From positions 354 through 64,353 of the forward strand of contig DIAY01000284.1 of the NCBI GenBank assembly GCA_002414905.1: a stretch of 64,000 nt of DNA. Reading direction: 5' to 3'. This document shows positions 24,938-34,509 of this stretch, piece by piece. The notes under the pieces are model-generated. The model was not told the DNA's origin and ran no database searches. It was given only the letters and a program-made list of their open reading frames with translations. Source of the stretch: Holophagales bacterium UBA5066. GTDB lineage: Bacteria; Acidobacteriota; Thermoanaerobaculia; UBA5066. Position numbers and translations under genes: made by a program. Position 1 is the stretch's first letter; every line of letters starts with the position of its first letter.

Positions 24938-26166
24938 ACCTCAGGTGGTGGCGCCTCGCGGCGCGAAATCTCTTCCGGCACCGGCGCCGGACGATCCTCA
25001 CCGGGAGCATCGTCGTGGTCGGATTCATCGCCGCAACGATGACGGCCGGCTTCGTCGCACAGACGTTCCGCGGCCTGAAGGACATCACGATCCGGGGCCA
25101 GGGGGGCCACCTGCGTGTCGTCAGCGGCGAAGCGGCGGGGAAGAGCGACGAGGAGGCCGCGACCCTTCTCCTCGACCACGCCGAGGAGCTGACCCGGAGC
25201 GTCGTGACGAGCCCCGACGTCCTCCAGGCGATGCCGCGTCTCGCGTTCTTCGGCCTCGTCGCGCGCGGGGAGAAGAGCGTCGGCTACATGGGGACGGGCA
25301 CGGTCCCCGCGCTCGAGAAGAGCGCCTCGATCACGGCGGAGGCGGTGGCGGACGGGACGTTTCTCTCCGACCCCGAAGCCGACGAGGTGATGCTCGGGGG
25401 AGGGTTGGCGCGTTCGCTCGGAGCGAAGGTCGGGGACCTCGTCACGGTCATGACGACGACGCCCGACGGCGGGCTGAACGCCATCGACGCGACCGTCGTC
25501 GCCATCCTCCGCTGGCCGATCAAGGAGCTCGACGACCGGCTCCTGTTCCTGCCCTGGGCTCCCGCGGGGCGTCTCCTGAAAGCGGAAGGGAAGGCGACGT
25601 CGATCGCCGTCACGCTGAAGCCGGGGGTCGACCTCGAAAAGGCCGCCGGTGGCCTCCGCGCCCGGCTCCACCGGGAAGGCGTGGACGCGACCGTCAGGAC
25701 CTGGATCGAGAGCGCGCCCTTCTACGTCGCCGTGCGGCGCCTCTATGCCGCGATCTTCCTCTTCACGGGTCTCGTCCTGGCCACGGTCGTGGTCCTGGCG
25801 GCGGCGAACACGATGACGATGTCCGTATTCGAGAGGACCAGAGAAATCGGCACGCTTCTCGCCATCGGCATGGAGCGCGGGCAGGTGAGGAACCTCTTCC
25901 TCGCGGAGGGACTCCTGATGGGGCTCGGGGGCTCGGTCGCGGGGGCGATCGGATCGCTCCTCATCAGGGCCGTCATCAACGCGGCCCGGATCTCTCTGCC
26001 GCCGCCTCCGGGGGCCACGAGCGGCGGAGTCCTGCACGTCGAGCTGATCCCGATCGCCTTCCTCGTCGGCTTCGTCCTGATGACCACCACGCTCCTCGCC
26101 GCATCCTGGTGGCCGGCGCGGCGTGCGGCGCGTCTCGACCCGGTGGAGGCGCTGACGCATGTCTGA
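24934..26166 (+). CDS. FtsX-like ABC permease (LolC/E / MacB-type, 4 TM with a large periplasmic loop)
   Basis: 4-bp overlap. MNLRWWRLAARNLFRHRRRTILTGSIVVVGF... and a C-terminal FtsX domain with ...REIGTLLAIGMERGQVRNLFLAEG... Confidence 0.8.
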   Translation: MNLRWWRLAARNLFRHRRRTILTGSIVVVGFIAATMTAGFVAQTFRGLKDITIRGQGGHLRVVSGEAAGKSDEEAATLLLDHAEELTRSVVTSPDVLQAMPRLAFFGLVARGEKSVGYMGTGTVPALEKSASITAEAVADGTFLSDPEADEVMLGGGLARSLGAKVGDLVTVMTTTPDGGLNAIDATVVAILRWPIKELDDRLLFLPWAPAGRLLKAEGKATSIAVTLKPGVDLEKAAGGLRARLHREGVDATVRTWIESAPFYVAVRRLYAAIFLFTGLVLATVVVLAAANTMTMSVFERTREIGTLLAIGMERGQVRNLFLAEGLLMGLGGSVAGAIGSLLIRAVINAARISLPPPPGATSGGVLHVELIPIAFLVGFVLMTTTLLAASWWPARRAARLDPVEALTHV

Positions 26167-26923
26167 CCGCCGGCCGGCTCTCGAACGACTGCGGCTCTGC
26201 CCGCTGCTCGTCCTCCTCTGGCTCTCGCCGTCCTCGCACGGGGCCCCGGACGAGGCCGCGGCGATCCTCGCTCGCGCCGATGCACCCCGGGCCGCGCTTT
26301 CCGAGGCCCGGATGAAGCTCCGCGTGACGACCACGCGCACGGGGGCCGCAGCCTTCGCCGGGGAGTTCGCGGTCCTGGTGAAGGGACCGGAGAAGATCCG
26401 GATCGAGTTCCTGGCTCCGGGCGACCAGGGCAAGCTTCTCATCGTGAATGGCAGGGACGCGTGGCTCGTCCTGCCCGGAACGAAGAACCCGATCAAGGTG
26501 CCGCGCAGCCACCGGGTGACCGGAGGGTTCGCCGTAGCCGACGTCGCGCGGACGCGCTTCGTGGACGACTACGACGCCACCGTCGAGAGGAGAGATGAGA
26601 TCGGCGGAAGGACGTGCGACGTCCTTCTCCTCCGGGCGAAGAAGGGGCGGGACCCGGCGTTCCCGGTCCTGCGCGTCTGGGTGGACCGTGAAGAGGGCCG
26701 AACGCGGAAGGTCGTCTTCCTGCTGCCGTCGGGCAAGACCGCGCGCGAGGCGACGTTCGACGAATGGGGAACCCTGCGAGGCGTTCCGACGGTGGCGCGG
26801 ATGACGATCGTCGACGCCCTCCGTCCGGGGACGACCGTCGTCGACTACCTCGACGCCGAGAAGGCCGTGATCCCCGACTCCCTCTTCGTCCCCGTCGGCG
26901 CGAAGGCGGAAGGCGCACGCTGA
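26159..26923 (+). CDS. Secreted LolA-like / outer-membrane lipoprotein-sorting-protein-like protein
   Basis: 8-bp overlap with the permease. Signal peptide LCPLLVLLWLSPSSHGA. FAVLVKGPEKIRIEFLAPGDQGKLLIVNGRDAWLVLPGTKNPIKV resembles LolA-fold sorting proteins usually paired with FtsX permeases. Confidence 0.6.
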   Translation: MSDRRPALERLRLCPLLVLLWLSPSSHGAPDEAAAILARADAPRAALSEARMKLRVTTTRTGAAAFAGEFAVLVKGPEKIRIEFLAPGDQGKLLIVNGRDAWLVLPGTKNPIKVPRSHRVTGGFAVADVARTRFVDDYDATVERRDEIGGRTCDVLLLRAKKGRDPAFPVLRVWVDREEGRTRKVVFLLPSGKTAREATFDEWGTLRGVPTVARMTIVDALRPGTTVVDYLDAEKAVIPDSLFVPVGAKAEGAR

Positions 26924-26952
26924 ACCTCATCGCCCGGAGGAGGGCGGGAGGG

Positions 26953-27816
26953 TCAGTTCACCGGGACGCCGGCCGAGAGCGAGTCGAGGCCCCGGGAGGC
27001 CCGGTCCGCCTCGGGCGAGTCGGGGAAACGCTCGATCACCTCGGCGAAAACCGTGGCGGCTTCCTCCGTCACGCCGATCGCCGCGGCGGTCATCGCCTTC
27101 TGGAGCGTCCTCTCGGGAGACAGGGGGCGAAGCGCCGCGAGAAATGTCGCCACGCGATAGCTCCCGGCCGGGTCACGCTCCTCGCGGGTCGAGGCGCCGA
27201 GATTGTTGAGGATCCTTTCGAGAATCTGGTCCGTCGCGCTCACCCCGAGGAAATCGGTGCTCCACCGGGACTTCGAACCGGCGATCCGGTCGTGGAGGGC
27301 CCGGCATCCTTCGCGGGACAGCTCCTGACCGCCCGCGAACGGATCGACGTGGACGCCTGCCGCCCCGCCCACCCGGACGAGGAAGTGGCCCGGCATGCCA
27401 ATGCCGTCGACGGGAACCCCTGCCCGGCGGCCGACCTCGATCCAGACGCAGGACAGGAGGATCGGCATCCCCTTCCTTCGCGCGAGGACCTGGTGGAGAC
27501 AGCAGTTCCTCGTGGCCGAGTAGTCGTCGGTGTCGCCCCGGAAGAAGAGGTCGTCGACGAGGAGGCCTCGCAGGAGGCGCGAGAGCGCGAACGGTCCGCG
27601 CGAGGGGAGGAGGGGCAGGCGCCGCGCGGCGATGGCCGCCCACGCCGTCAGCTGAGCCTCGTCCTCCAGACGGTCCGCGACCGGAGCGCCCTCGATCGCC
27701 GACAGGGCGGCGAGGAGGTCGGCTCGCGAAACGGCCTCGAGAAAGAGGCGGACGTCCTCGTCGTCCTCCGGGGTCCAGAGGTCGCGAAGAGTCGGTTGCG
27801 GCGGCCCTCCCAGCAC
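26953..27816 (-). CDS. SirB1/YchA-like transglutaminase-like + TPR protein
   Basis: LVDDLFFRGDTDDYSATRNCCLHQVLARRKGMPILLSCVWIEVGRRAGVPVDGIGMPGHFLVR matches the SirB1 N-terminal domain. Confidence 0.65.
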   Translation of the reverse strand: MLGGPPQPTLRDLWTPEDDEDVRLFLEAVSRADLLAALSAIEGAPVADRLEDEAQLTAWAAIAARRLPLLPSRGPFALSRLLRGLLVDDLFFRGDTDDYSATRNCCLHQVLARRKGMPILLSCVWIEVGRRAGVPVDGIGMPGHFLVRVGGAAGVHVDPFAGGQELSREGCRALHDRIAGSKSRWSTDFLGVSATDQILERILNNLGASTREERDPAGSYRVATFLAALRPLSPERTLQKAMTAAAIGVTEEAATVFAEVIERFPDSPEADRASRGLDSLSAGVPVN

Positions 27817-27850
27817 GGCTCGATCGTAGCTCTTCCCGCGTCCGGAGGGG

Positions 27851-28897
27851 TCAGGAGACGGGGACCCGGCGAGTTCGGGCGGCGATCGCGGCGCGAATGA
27901 GCGGCAGGGCCTCCCGGGCCGCGTCCTCTCCGGCGGCGATGAGACGCTTCTTCCGGGTGAAGTCGTCGTAGGCGATGTCGCCGACGTCGGGCGTGATGAC
28001 GACGTCGGCCTCGCGGGCGCGCAGCCGCCCGATCTCCGCCGACATGATCGTCACGGCCTGGTAGGCGATGGCGACCGGATTCGCCGGGACGGTGGAGCGG
28101 GTCAGCGGCGGTATGGAGACGGCGATCACGACCTCGGCTCCCATCGAACGGGCCACGTCGGCCGGCACCGGGTTCACGACGCCGCCGTCGATGTAGGTCC
28201 TCCCGCTGATCACGACGGGGACGAAGACCCCGGGAATGGCGCACGACGCGTGCACGGCGGGAGCGATTGCGCCGCGCTGGAAGGAGACGACCCGTCCCGT
28301 GGCGGCGTCGACGGCGACGGCCGCGAAGGGGATCTTCATCTTCTCGATCGACTTGCTCCTCAGGTTCGCGCCGAGGAACTGCCGGAGGCGTTCGCCCTTC
28401 ACGAAGCCTCCCGAGAAGACCGCGAAGGCGCGGTAATCGAAGAGATCTTCCTCGGTGACGGCGATCGCGTGGAACTCGGCGTCGAGGACGCGTCCCGTAT
28501 CGGCGTAGAGGGCGCCGACGAGACTTCCGACGGAGGTGCCGGCGACGAAGGAGATCGGGATCTTCTCCTGCTCGAGGACGCGCAGGACCCCGATCTCGGC
28601 GAACCCGCGGGCGCCACCTCCGCCGAGGGCAAGGCCCACTTTCGGGAGGACCTCTCGCGTCGGTACCGGCGCCGGCGTGGGGACGACGGGAGGTGCCGGA
28701 GGAGGCGTGGGAGAGCAGGAGGCCAGGAAGAGCGCGGCGGCGAGGACCGCCGGCACGCTGGGCGGGAAGGCCCTCAAGCCGTCACTTCCCCGGGACCGGG
28801 CCGGTCGTTCACGCTCATCCCGGGATTCAGGTATTCGACGCACATGCACCGCTCCCCGCGGACCCTCGGGCGACGGCTCGCTCCGGCGAGAGTCCAA
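27851..28897 (-). CDS. Patatin-like phospholipase, probable lipoprotein
   Basis: GLALGGGGARGFAEIGVLRVLEQ...FVAGTSVGSLVGALYA (GxGxxG and GxSxG) and DGGVVNPVP (catalytic Asp). Lipobox-like AAALFLASC is upstream, so the true start is probably downstream of 28897. Confidence 0.8.
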   Translation of the reverse strand: MDSRRSEPSPEGPRGAVHVRRIPESRDERERPARSRGSDGLRAFPPSVPAVLAAALFLASCSPTPPPAPPVVPTPAPVPTREVLPKVGLALGGGGARGFAEIGVLRVLEQEKIPISFVAGTSVGSLVGALYADTGRVLDAEFHAIAVTEEDLFDYRAFAVFSGGFVKGERLRQFLGANLRSKSIEKMKIPFAAVAVDAATGRVVSFQRGAIAPAVHASCAIPGVFVPVVISGRTYIDGGVVNPVPADVARSMGAEVVIAVSIPPLTRSTVPANPVAIAYQAVTIMSAEIGRLRAREADVVITPDVGDIAYDDFTRKKRLIAAGEDAAREALPLIRAAIAARTRRVPVS

Positions 28898-29024
28898 CGA
28901 TCCTTGTAGGTGGCGGAGGAGGGGAAGTCAAGGAAGAGAGCCAGTGCTTGCGGGGTGCTAGCATGTTCGGTCGGGCGGCGCGGAATACCCGCTGTCGCCA
29001 CTCCCGAAAGAGGTGCCTTGCATC

Positions 29025-30212
29025 ATGGCCGACGTCAAGAAGCTGCGCATCGCCAGCCGGATCATCCACTCGGGTCAGCACACCTGCCCGCTCACCGGTG
29101 CTGTCGCGACGCCGATCTACCAGACGTCGACCTTCGCGTTCAAGGACACGGACGAGGGAGCCGCCCGCTTCGGCGGCACGGACCCGGGCTACAAATACAC
29201 GCGGCTCGGGAACCCGACCGTGGCAGCCCTGGAGGAATGCATCGCGGACCTCGAGGGGGGCTGCGGGGCGATGGCCGCCTCGACCGGCATGGCGGCCGTC
29301 AACACCGTCTACTTCTCCCTTCTCGGCGCGGGGGCCCACATCGTGGGGACGGACGCCCTGTACGGCGCGAGCCGGATGATCCTGGAGAAGGAGTATTCCC
29401 GCTTCGGCGTGACCGGGACCTTCGTCGACACGTCCGATCCGGCCAACGTCGAGAAGGCGATGAGGCCGGAAACGAAGCTCGTCTACCTCGAGACGCCCGC
29501 GAACCCGACGCTCAAGCTCTGCGATATCGAGGCGATCGTGAAGATCGCCCACGGCCGGGGCGCACTCGTCGCCGTGGACAACACGTTCGCCACACCCCTC
29601 CTCCAGCAGCCACTCGCTCTCGGAGCGGACGTCGTCCTGCACAGCATGACGAAGTTCCTCAACGGCCACAGCGACGTGGTCGCCGGGATCGTCGTCGCGA
29701 AGGACCCGGCGCTTTACGCCCGACTCCGCTCCGTCCACGTGAACGTCGGACCGACGATGGACCCGCACCAGGCGTGGCTCGTCTTCCGGGGCGTCAAGAC
29801 GCTGGGGCTGCGGCTGGAGAAGGCTCAGTCCAACGCCCTCGAGGTCGCGCAGTTCCTGGAAGCGCACCCGAAGGTCTCCTGGATCCGCTACCCCTACCTG
29901 CCGAGCCACCCGCAGTACGCTCTCGCGCGTCGCCAGATGGCCGGTGGCGGAGCGATCATCTCCTTCGGTGTGAAGGGGGGCCTCGAGGCGGGTCGGACCC
30001 TCATGAACTCCGTCAGGCTCGCGACGCTCGCCGTCAGCCTGGGCGGCATCGAGACGCTCATCGAGCACCCGGCCTCCATGACACATGCGAGCGTTCCGAA
30101 AGCCGACCGGGAGAAGGCCGAGATCTCCGACGACCTCGTCCGGATCGCCGTCGGCTGCGAGGACGCCGCCGACCTCTGCGAGGATCTCGAGCAGGCCCTG
30201 GCGAGGGTGTAG
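29025..30212 (+). CDS. Cys/Met-metabolism PLP enzyme, methionine gamma-lyase type
   Basis: IHSGQHTCPLTGAVATPIYQTSTFAF, YTRLGNPTVAALEECIADLEGG, VDNTFATPLLQQPLALGADVVLHSMTKFLNGHSDVVAG (PLP Lys). The lyase versus synthase assignment is not certain. Confidence 0.75.
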   Translation: MADVKKLRIASRIIHSGQHTCPLTGAVATPIYQTSTFAFKDTDEGAARFGGTDPGYKYTRLGNPTVAALEECIADLEGGCGAMAASTGMAAVNTVYFSLLGAGAHIVGTDALYGASRMILEKEYSRFGVTGTFVDTSDPANVEKAMRPETKLVYLETPANPTLKLCDIEAIVKIAHGRGALVAVDNTFATPLLQQPLALGADVVLHSMTKFLNGHSDVVAGIVVAKDPALYARLRSVHVNVGPTMDPHQAWLVFRGVKTLGLRLEKAQSNALEVAQFLEAHPKVSWIRYPYLPSHPQYALARRQMAGGGAIISFGVKGGLEAGRTLMNSVRLATLAVSLGGIETLIEHPASMTHASVPKADREKAEISDDLVRIAVGCEDAADLCEDLEQALARV

Positions 30213-30254
30213 CGCCTCGGCTCCGTCCGGGGGCCGTGCTTCCGTGTACCGGGC

Positions 30255-31130
30255 TCAGACTTCGAAGTCCGAGAGGAACCGCTCCGTCTCCGAGAGGATC
30301 CTTGCGGGATCCTCCCGGTGAGGGAAGTGTCCGAGTGCCGGCAGGATGAGGGACCGGACCGGCCCCGAGACGGCCCTCGCGATGGACTCGACCTGCGCCG
30401 CAGTGCCGTAGTCGTCGTTCTCCCCCTGGATCACCAGGACCGGGCAGCGGACCGATCGGATGGTCTCGACCGCCGAGAAATGGCGAAATGCGGGATCGCG
30501 CCAGGTCTCGCTCCAGCCGCGGAAGACGGACTCCGTCTTTTCGCCGTGATGCCGTTCGAGGCGGACCGGAAGGTCGGTCTTCGACCAGGCCTCGGCCGCC
30601 CGGTCGATTCCCGCGAGCGTCACGTCCTCGATGAAGACGTGGGCCGCAATGGAGACGACGGCGGCTGGAGCTTCGGGGAAGGCCGCGGCGAAGAGAAGGG
30701 CGATGGAGGCGCCGTCGCTGTGGCCGAAGAGAACGGGACTCGCGACTTCCGCCTGGCGGAGGACCTCCGGAAGCCGTTCGGTGGCCTCGCGCTCGAGGTA
30801 CCGTTGGTCGGGAGGCGCGGGGCGGGCGTCCGATCGGCCGAACCCCAGCCGGTCGAAGACCAGCCCCTCCCGCCCCAGCTCCCCGCAGAGCCGTTCGGGG
30901 AGATTCCGCCAGAGAGAAACGGCACCGAGGGCGTCGTGGAGGAAGACGATCGGGGGGAGGCCGGCCCGAGTCTCGTCCGGTAAGATCCGGAGGGCTTCGA
31001 TCCGTCCCTCGGGAAGTCGGATCGGGACCCGCTGACGCGTCGCACGGACGTGGGCGGGGCGGCTCACAGGGGCATTCTGAAGGGCGCCTCTCACGCCGGC
31101 AAGGGATGCGGGGGCCTGGTGCGAGACCAT
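30255..31130 (-). CDS. Alpha/beta-fold hydrolase
   Basis: PPIVFLHDALGAVSLW and the nucleophile elbow LFGHSDGASIAL. A C-terminal His region GHFPHRE. Confidence 0.7.
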   Translation of the reverse strand: MVSHQAPASLAGVRGALQNAPVSRPAHVRATRQRVPIRLPEGRIEALRILPDETRAGLPPIVFLHDALGAVSLWRNLPERLCGELGREGLVFDRLGFGRSDARPAPPDQRYLEREATERLPEVLRQAEVASPVLFGHSDGASIALLFAAAFPEAPAAVVSIAAHVFIEDVTLAGIDRAAEAWSKTDLPVRLERHHGEKTESVFRGWSETWRDPAFRHFSAVETIRSVRCPVLVIQGENDDYGTAAQVESIARAVSGPVRSLILPALGHFPHREDPARILSETERFLSDFEV

Positions 31131-31192
31131 CGGCTGATCCCCCGTCGCACCTTTCTTCCTCCCGAGCCTGTAATCTGCCGAAGGAGGGTCCG

Positions 31193-31660
31193 TTGAGGTT
31201 CCGTCGTCTCGTCGCCTTTCATGAAGCCGGCCGCGCGGTCGTCGCGTGGGATGCCGGCCTCCGCCTTCCGAACGTTTCGATCTACCCCGAACAGCACACG
31301 CGCGGCCGCATCCTCGTCGACCAGGAATTTCCTTCGGGGGTCTCCGACGTCGATCGGCGGGAGCAGCGCGTCTATCTCCGCCTCCTCGCGGCGGGTCCGC
31401 TCGCGGTCCTGATGGCCGGCGGAAAGCTCCCGGTCGAACCGCATGTCGGCATCGAGATCGACACTCACCGGATCGCCGTTTTTGCTCGCCGGGCCGGCCT
31501 CGAGATCGATGCCGTTTTTCGGGAGACGGCCGTGAGGCTCGCCTACCTCTGGGAGCCGGTTGAGGAGCTCGTGAACGCGCTGCTGATGAACGAGACCGTG
31601 GCGGGGTCCCTCGCCTCGCGGATCATCCGCAGGACTCACCCGGGTCCGCTCCTCGGTTAG
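31193..31660 (+). CDS. Stand-alone FtsH-type peptidase M41-like domain with a degenerate zinc motif (HEAGR)
   Basis: GGAGG sits 5 nt before the in-frame TTG 31193. RRLVAFHEAGRAVVAWDAGLRLPNVSIYPEQHTRGRILV aligns with FtsH AYHEAGHALV...V.IIPRGRALG, but the second His of HExxH is Arg. Confidence 0.55.
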   Translation: MRFRRLVAFHEAGRAVVAWDAGLRLPNVSIYPEQHTRGRILVDQEFPSGVSDVDRREQRVYLRLLAAGPLAVLMAGGKLPVEPHVGIEIDTHRIAVFARRAGLEIDAVFRETAVRLAYLWEPVEELVNALLMNETVAGSLASRIIRRTHPGPLLG

Positions 31661-31700
31661 GCCCCGCCGCTCCCCGCCTGAGACGCGGGACCGGGGCGGG

Positions 31701-31729
31701 CCGGGAGAGAGGCCGTGCCGCTCTCCCGG
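31701..31729. terminator. Hairpin between the convergent M41-like gene and dcp
   Basis: CCGGGAGAG-11 nt-CTCTCCCGG (9-bp stem). No U-tract. Confidence 0.3.
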
Positions 31730-31741
31730 CCGATTGCCAGG

Positions 31742-33901
31742 TCAGTGTGGGGTCGGCGCCGTCGGGGACACCGTGGACGCCGCCGCCGGGGCCAGCCCTC
31801 GCCGCACGAGGAGCGGCTCGACGGAGGGCTCGCGGCCCCGGAAGCTCTTGTAGAGCGACATCGCCTCGGCGGTGCCCCCTTTCTCGAGGATGTTCTTCCG
31901 GAAGGCCGTGGCGGTCGCCTTGTCGAAGATTCCCTTCTCGCGGAACGCTTCGAAGGCGTCGGCGTCGAGGACCTCGCTCCAGAGGTAGCTGTAGTAGCCG
32001 GCGGAGTAGCCACCGCCCGGTCCGAAAATGTGCTGGAAGTACGGGCTCCGGTATCGGGGAACGATCTCGGGGATGAGACCGATCTTCGCGAGCGAGGCCT
32101 TCTCGAACGCGGTTGCGTCCTCGACCCTGGGCCCTGTCAGCGTGTGCCAGTCCATGTCGAGGTAGGAGGCGGCGGTGTACTCGACCGTCGCGAAGCCCTG
32201 CCCGTAGAGCCGCGATTTTTCGATCTTCGCAACGAGGGCGTCCGGGATCGACTCGCCCGTCTTCCAGTTCTTCGCGTAGCCCTTCAGGACCTCGGGCTCG
32301 AGCGCCCAGTTCTCCATGATTTGCGAGGGGAGCTCGACGAAATCGCGCGGGACGCTCGCCATCGACCGGTAGGTCACGCGCGAGAGCATCCCGTGAAGGC
32401 CGTGCCCGAACTCGTGGAAGAGGGTCTCGACCTCGTCGAGCGAGAGGAGCGCCGGAGCGTCGCCGGCGGGGCGGGTGAAGTTCGTGACGTTCGTGACGAT
32501 GGGGCGGACATCCTTGCCGTCCTTCACCCACTGGCCGCGCAGGTGCCCGCACCAGGCCCCGCCTCGCTTGCCCGGGCGCGGGTGGTAGTCGGTCGTGTAA
32601 AGCGCGAGGAACGAGCCGTCGGCGTCCTTCACCTCGAACGTCCGCACCTCGGGGTGGTACTTCGGCACGTCGGTCCGCTCGGTGAACGTGATCCCGTAGA
32701 GCCGGTTCGCCACCGAGAAGGCCCCTTCGCGTACGCGGTCGAGCGGGAAGTAGGGGCGCAGCTCCTGGTCGTCGAGGTCGTAGCGCGCCTTGCGCAACTT
32801 CTCTGCGTAGTAGCGCCAGTCCCACGGCTCGAGCTTGTCGCCCTTGCCGTCAGCCGCGAGCGCCGCGGCGAGGTCCCTGGCGTCGATCTTCGCCACCACG
32901 AGCGCCGGCTTCCAGACGCGGTCGAGCAGCTCGTAGACGCGCGCCGGAGTCTTCGCCATGTTGTCGTCGAGGACGAAGGCGGCCCACGTGGGGAAACCCA
33001 GGAGCCTGGCGCGCTCGGCGCGCAGGGCCGCGATCTTCGACAGGAGCTCCTTGTTGTCCGTCTCGCCCCCCTTGTCGCACCGGGTCGTGTAGGCGGTCAG
33101 GATCTCCTTCCGGAGCTGACGGTTCTCGGCGAACGTGAGGAAGGGCCAGATCGAGGGCGACTGGAGCGTGAAGACCCATTTCCCTTCCAGCTTCGCCGCC
33201 TTCGCCACGTCGGCCGCAGCCGCCACGACTCCCGGAGGGAGGCCTGCGAGGTCGGCCTTCTTCTCGACGACGAGGCGATACCCGTTCGTCTCCTTGAGGA
33301 GGTTGTCGCTGAACCGGATGCCGAGAGCGGAGAGCTGCTGGTTGACCTCCCGGAATCGCTGCTTCTGCTCGGGTGCCAGGTTCGCGCCGCCGCGGACGAA
33401 GTCCTTGTATCCGTCTTCGACGAGCTTTTTCTGCTCGGGCGTCAGGCCGAGGGAGTCCCGTTTCGCCCAGACCGACTTCACACGGGCGAAGAGCCTCTCG
33501 TTCAGCCTCACGTCGTCGCGGAGCGACGAGAGCAGCGGTGCGACCTTCCTGTTGATCGCCTGGAGCTCGTCGTTCGTGTCGGCACCGGACAGGGTGTAGA
33601 AGACCTCGCTCACCTTCGAGAGCGCGAGGCCGCCGTTCTCGAGGGCCTCGACGGTGTTCGCGAACGTGGCCGGCTCGGGGTTCGAGACGATCGCCTCGAT
33701 TTCCTTCTTGCGCTCGGCGATCCCGGCTTCGAAAGCCGGGACGAAGTGGGCGGGCTCGATTTTGTCGAAAGGAGCCATGCCGAACGGGGTCGTCCACTCC
33801 GTGAAGAAAGGGTTCGTCCCGGGGTTTGGCTCGGCAGCGGGCTGCGCCAGGCACGGAATCGCGATCGCGATGGCGGCGATGGCAAAAAGAGCTGTTCTCA
33901 T
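31742..33901 (-). CDS. dcp: Peptidyl-dipeptidase Dcp / M3-family oligopeptidase, secreted
   Basis: ATG 33901 (MRTALFAIAAIAIAIPCLAQ signal peptide). The zinc site is FHEFGHGLHGML. 719 aa. The upstream part of track ORF 31742..34156 runs through the tRNA and is not coding. Confidence 0.9.
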   Translation of the reverse strand: MRTALFAIAAIAIAIPCLAQPAAEPNPGTNPFFTEWTTPFGMAPFDKIEPAHFVPAFEAGIAERKKEIEAIVSNPEPATFANTVEALENGGLALSKVSEVFYTLSGADTNDELQAINRKVAPLLSSLRDDVRLNERLFARVKSVWAKRDSLGLTPEQKKLVEDGYKDFVRGGANLAPEQKQRFREVNQQLSALGIRFSDNLLKETNGYRLVVEKKADLAGLPPGVVAAAADVAKAAKLEGKWVFTLQSPSIWPFLTFAENRQLRKEILTAYTTRCDKGGETDNKELLSKIAALRAERARLLGFPTWAAFVLDDNMAKTPARVYELLDRVWKPALVVAKIDARDLAAALAADGKGDKLEPWDWRYYAEKLRKARYDLDDQELRPYFPLDRVREGAFSVANRLYGITFTERTDVPKYHPEVRTFEVKDADGSFLALYTTDYHPRPGKRGGAWCGHLRGQWVKDGKDVRPIVTNVTNFTRPAGDAPALLSLDEVETLFHEFGHGLHGMLSRVTYRSMASVPRDFVELPSQIMENWALEPEVLKGYAKNWKTGESIPDALVAKIEKSRLYGQGFATVEYTAASYLDMDWHTLTGPRVEDATAFEKASLAKIGLIPEIVPRYRSPYFQHIFGPGGGYSAGYYSYLWSEVLDADAFEAFREKGIFDKATATAFRKNILEKGGTAEAMSLYKSFRGREPSVEPLLVRRGLAPAAASTVSPTAPTPH

Positions 33902-34077
33902 GTACGTCCTCCCTGCAAATGCCCGCGCGTGACCGGGAAGGCCGGGCGGGCGATCTGGCATCTTACGCGGCGAAGGGGCGCCTCGCATCGTCCGGGAACG
34001 AGACCTGCTCCGGCAGCGTCCGGAAAGGCGGCGAAGGCCGCCTGGCGCGCATCCGCCAACGCATGAGGGGAGAAAGG

Positions 34078-34154
34078 TGGTACCCCCAGCGGGATTCGAA
34101 CCCGCGATCTTCACCTTGAAAGGGTGACGTCCTAGGCCACTAGACGATGGGGGC
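34078..34154 (-). tRNA. tRNA-Glu (anticodon TTC)
   Basis: The reverse complement GCCCCCATCGTCTAGTGGCCTAGGACGTCACCCTTTCAAGGTGAAGATCGCGGGTTCGAATCCCGCTGGGGGTACCA folds as a cloverleaf. The anticodon loop is CTTTCAA, the T-loop is GGTTCGAATCC, and CCA is encoded. Confidence 0.9.
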
Positions 34155-34277
34155 ACCGGGCAGGATCGCCTCTCGACGACGGCAGGAATTTACCACGAGC
34201 CGCCGGTGCCGGCCCGGTCGTGCCAGGATTCGAAGAACTGGCCGTTGGGCGGCTAAAGGAGTGTCCGGCGGAGAGAC

Positions 34278-34354
34278 TGGTGAGCCGTCCGGGACTCGAA
34301 CCCGGGACCCCCTGCTTAAAAGGCAGATGCTCTAACCAACTGAGCTAACGGCCC
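34278..34354 (-). tRNA. tRNA-Lys (anticodon TTT)
   Basis: The reverse complement GGGCCGTTAGCTCAGTTGGTTAGAGCATCTGCCTTTTAAGCAGGGGGTCCCGGGTTCGAGTCCCGGACGGCTCACCA folds as a cloverleaf. The anticodon loop is CTTTTAA, and CCA is encoded. Confidence 0.9.
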
Positions 34355-34509
34355 GCCAGAGCGGATGTTACCCCGTCGGCGGGCACTCTGCGGAATTCCG
34401 TACCGGTCTCTGCTGCGCGACAGCAGGAGATCGGTGTCGGGGGTCACGGTGCGGTGGGGAGGCCTGAATCTGGAGTAGTCTTTGTTCGTCCGTAACACGG
34501 GAGGTGACA

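Noticed and set aside
31715-34066. 783-aa plus-strand ORF
   Set aside because: It is antisense to dcp, which has the HEFGH zinc site and a signal peptide on the minus strand.
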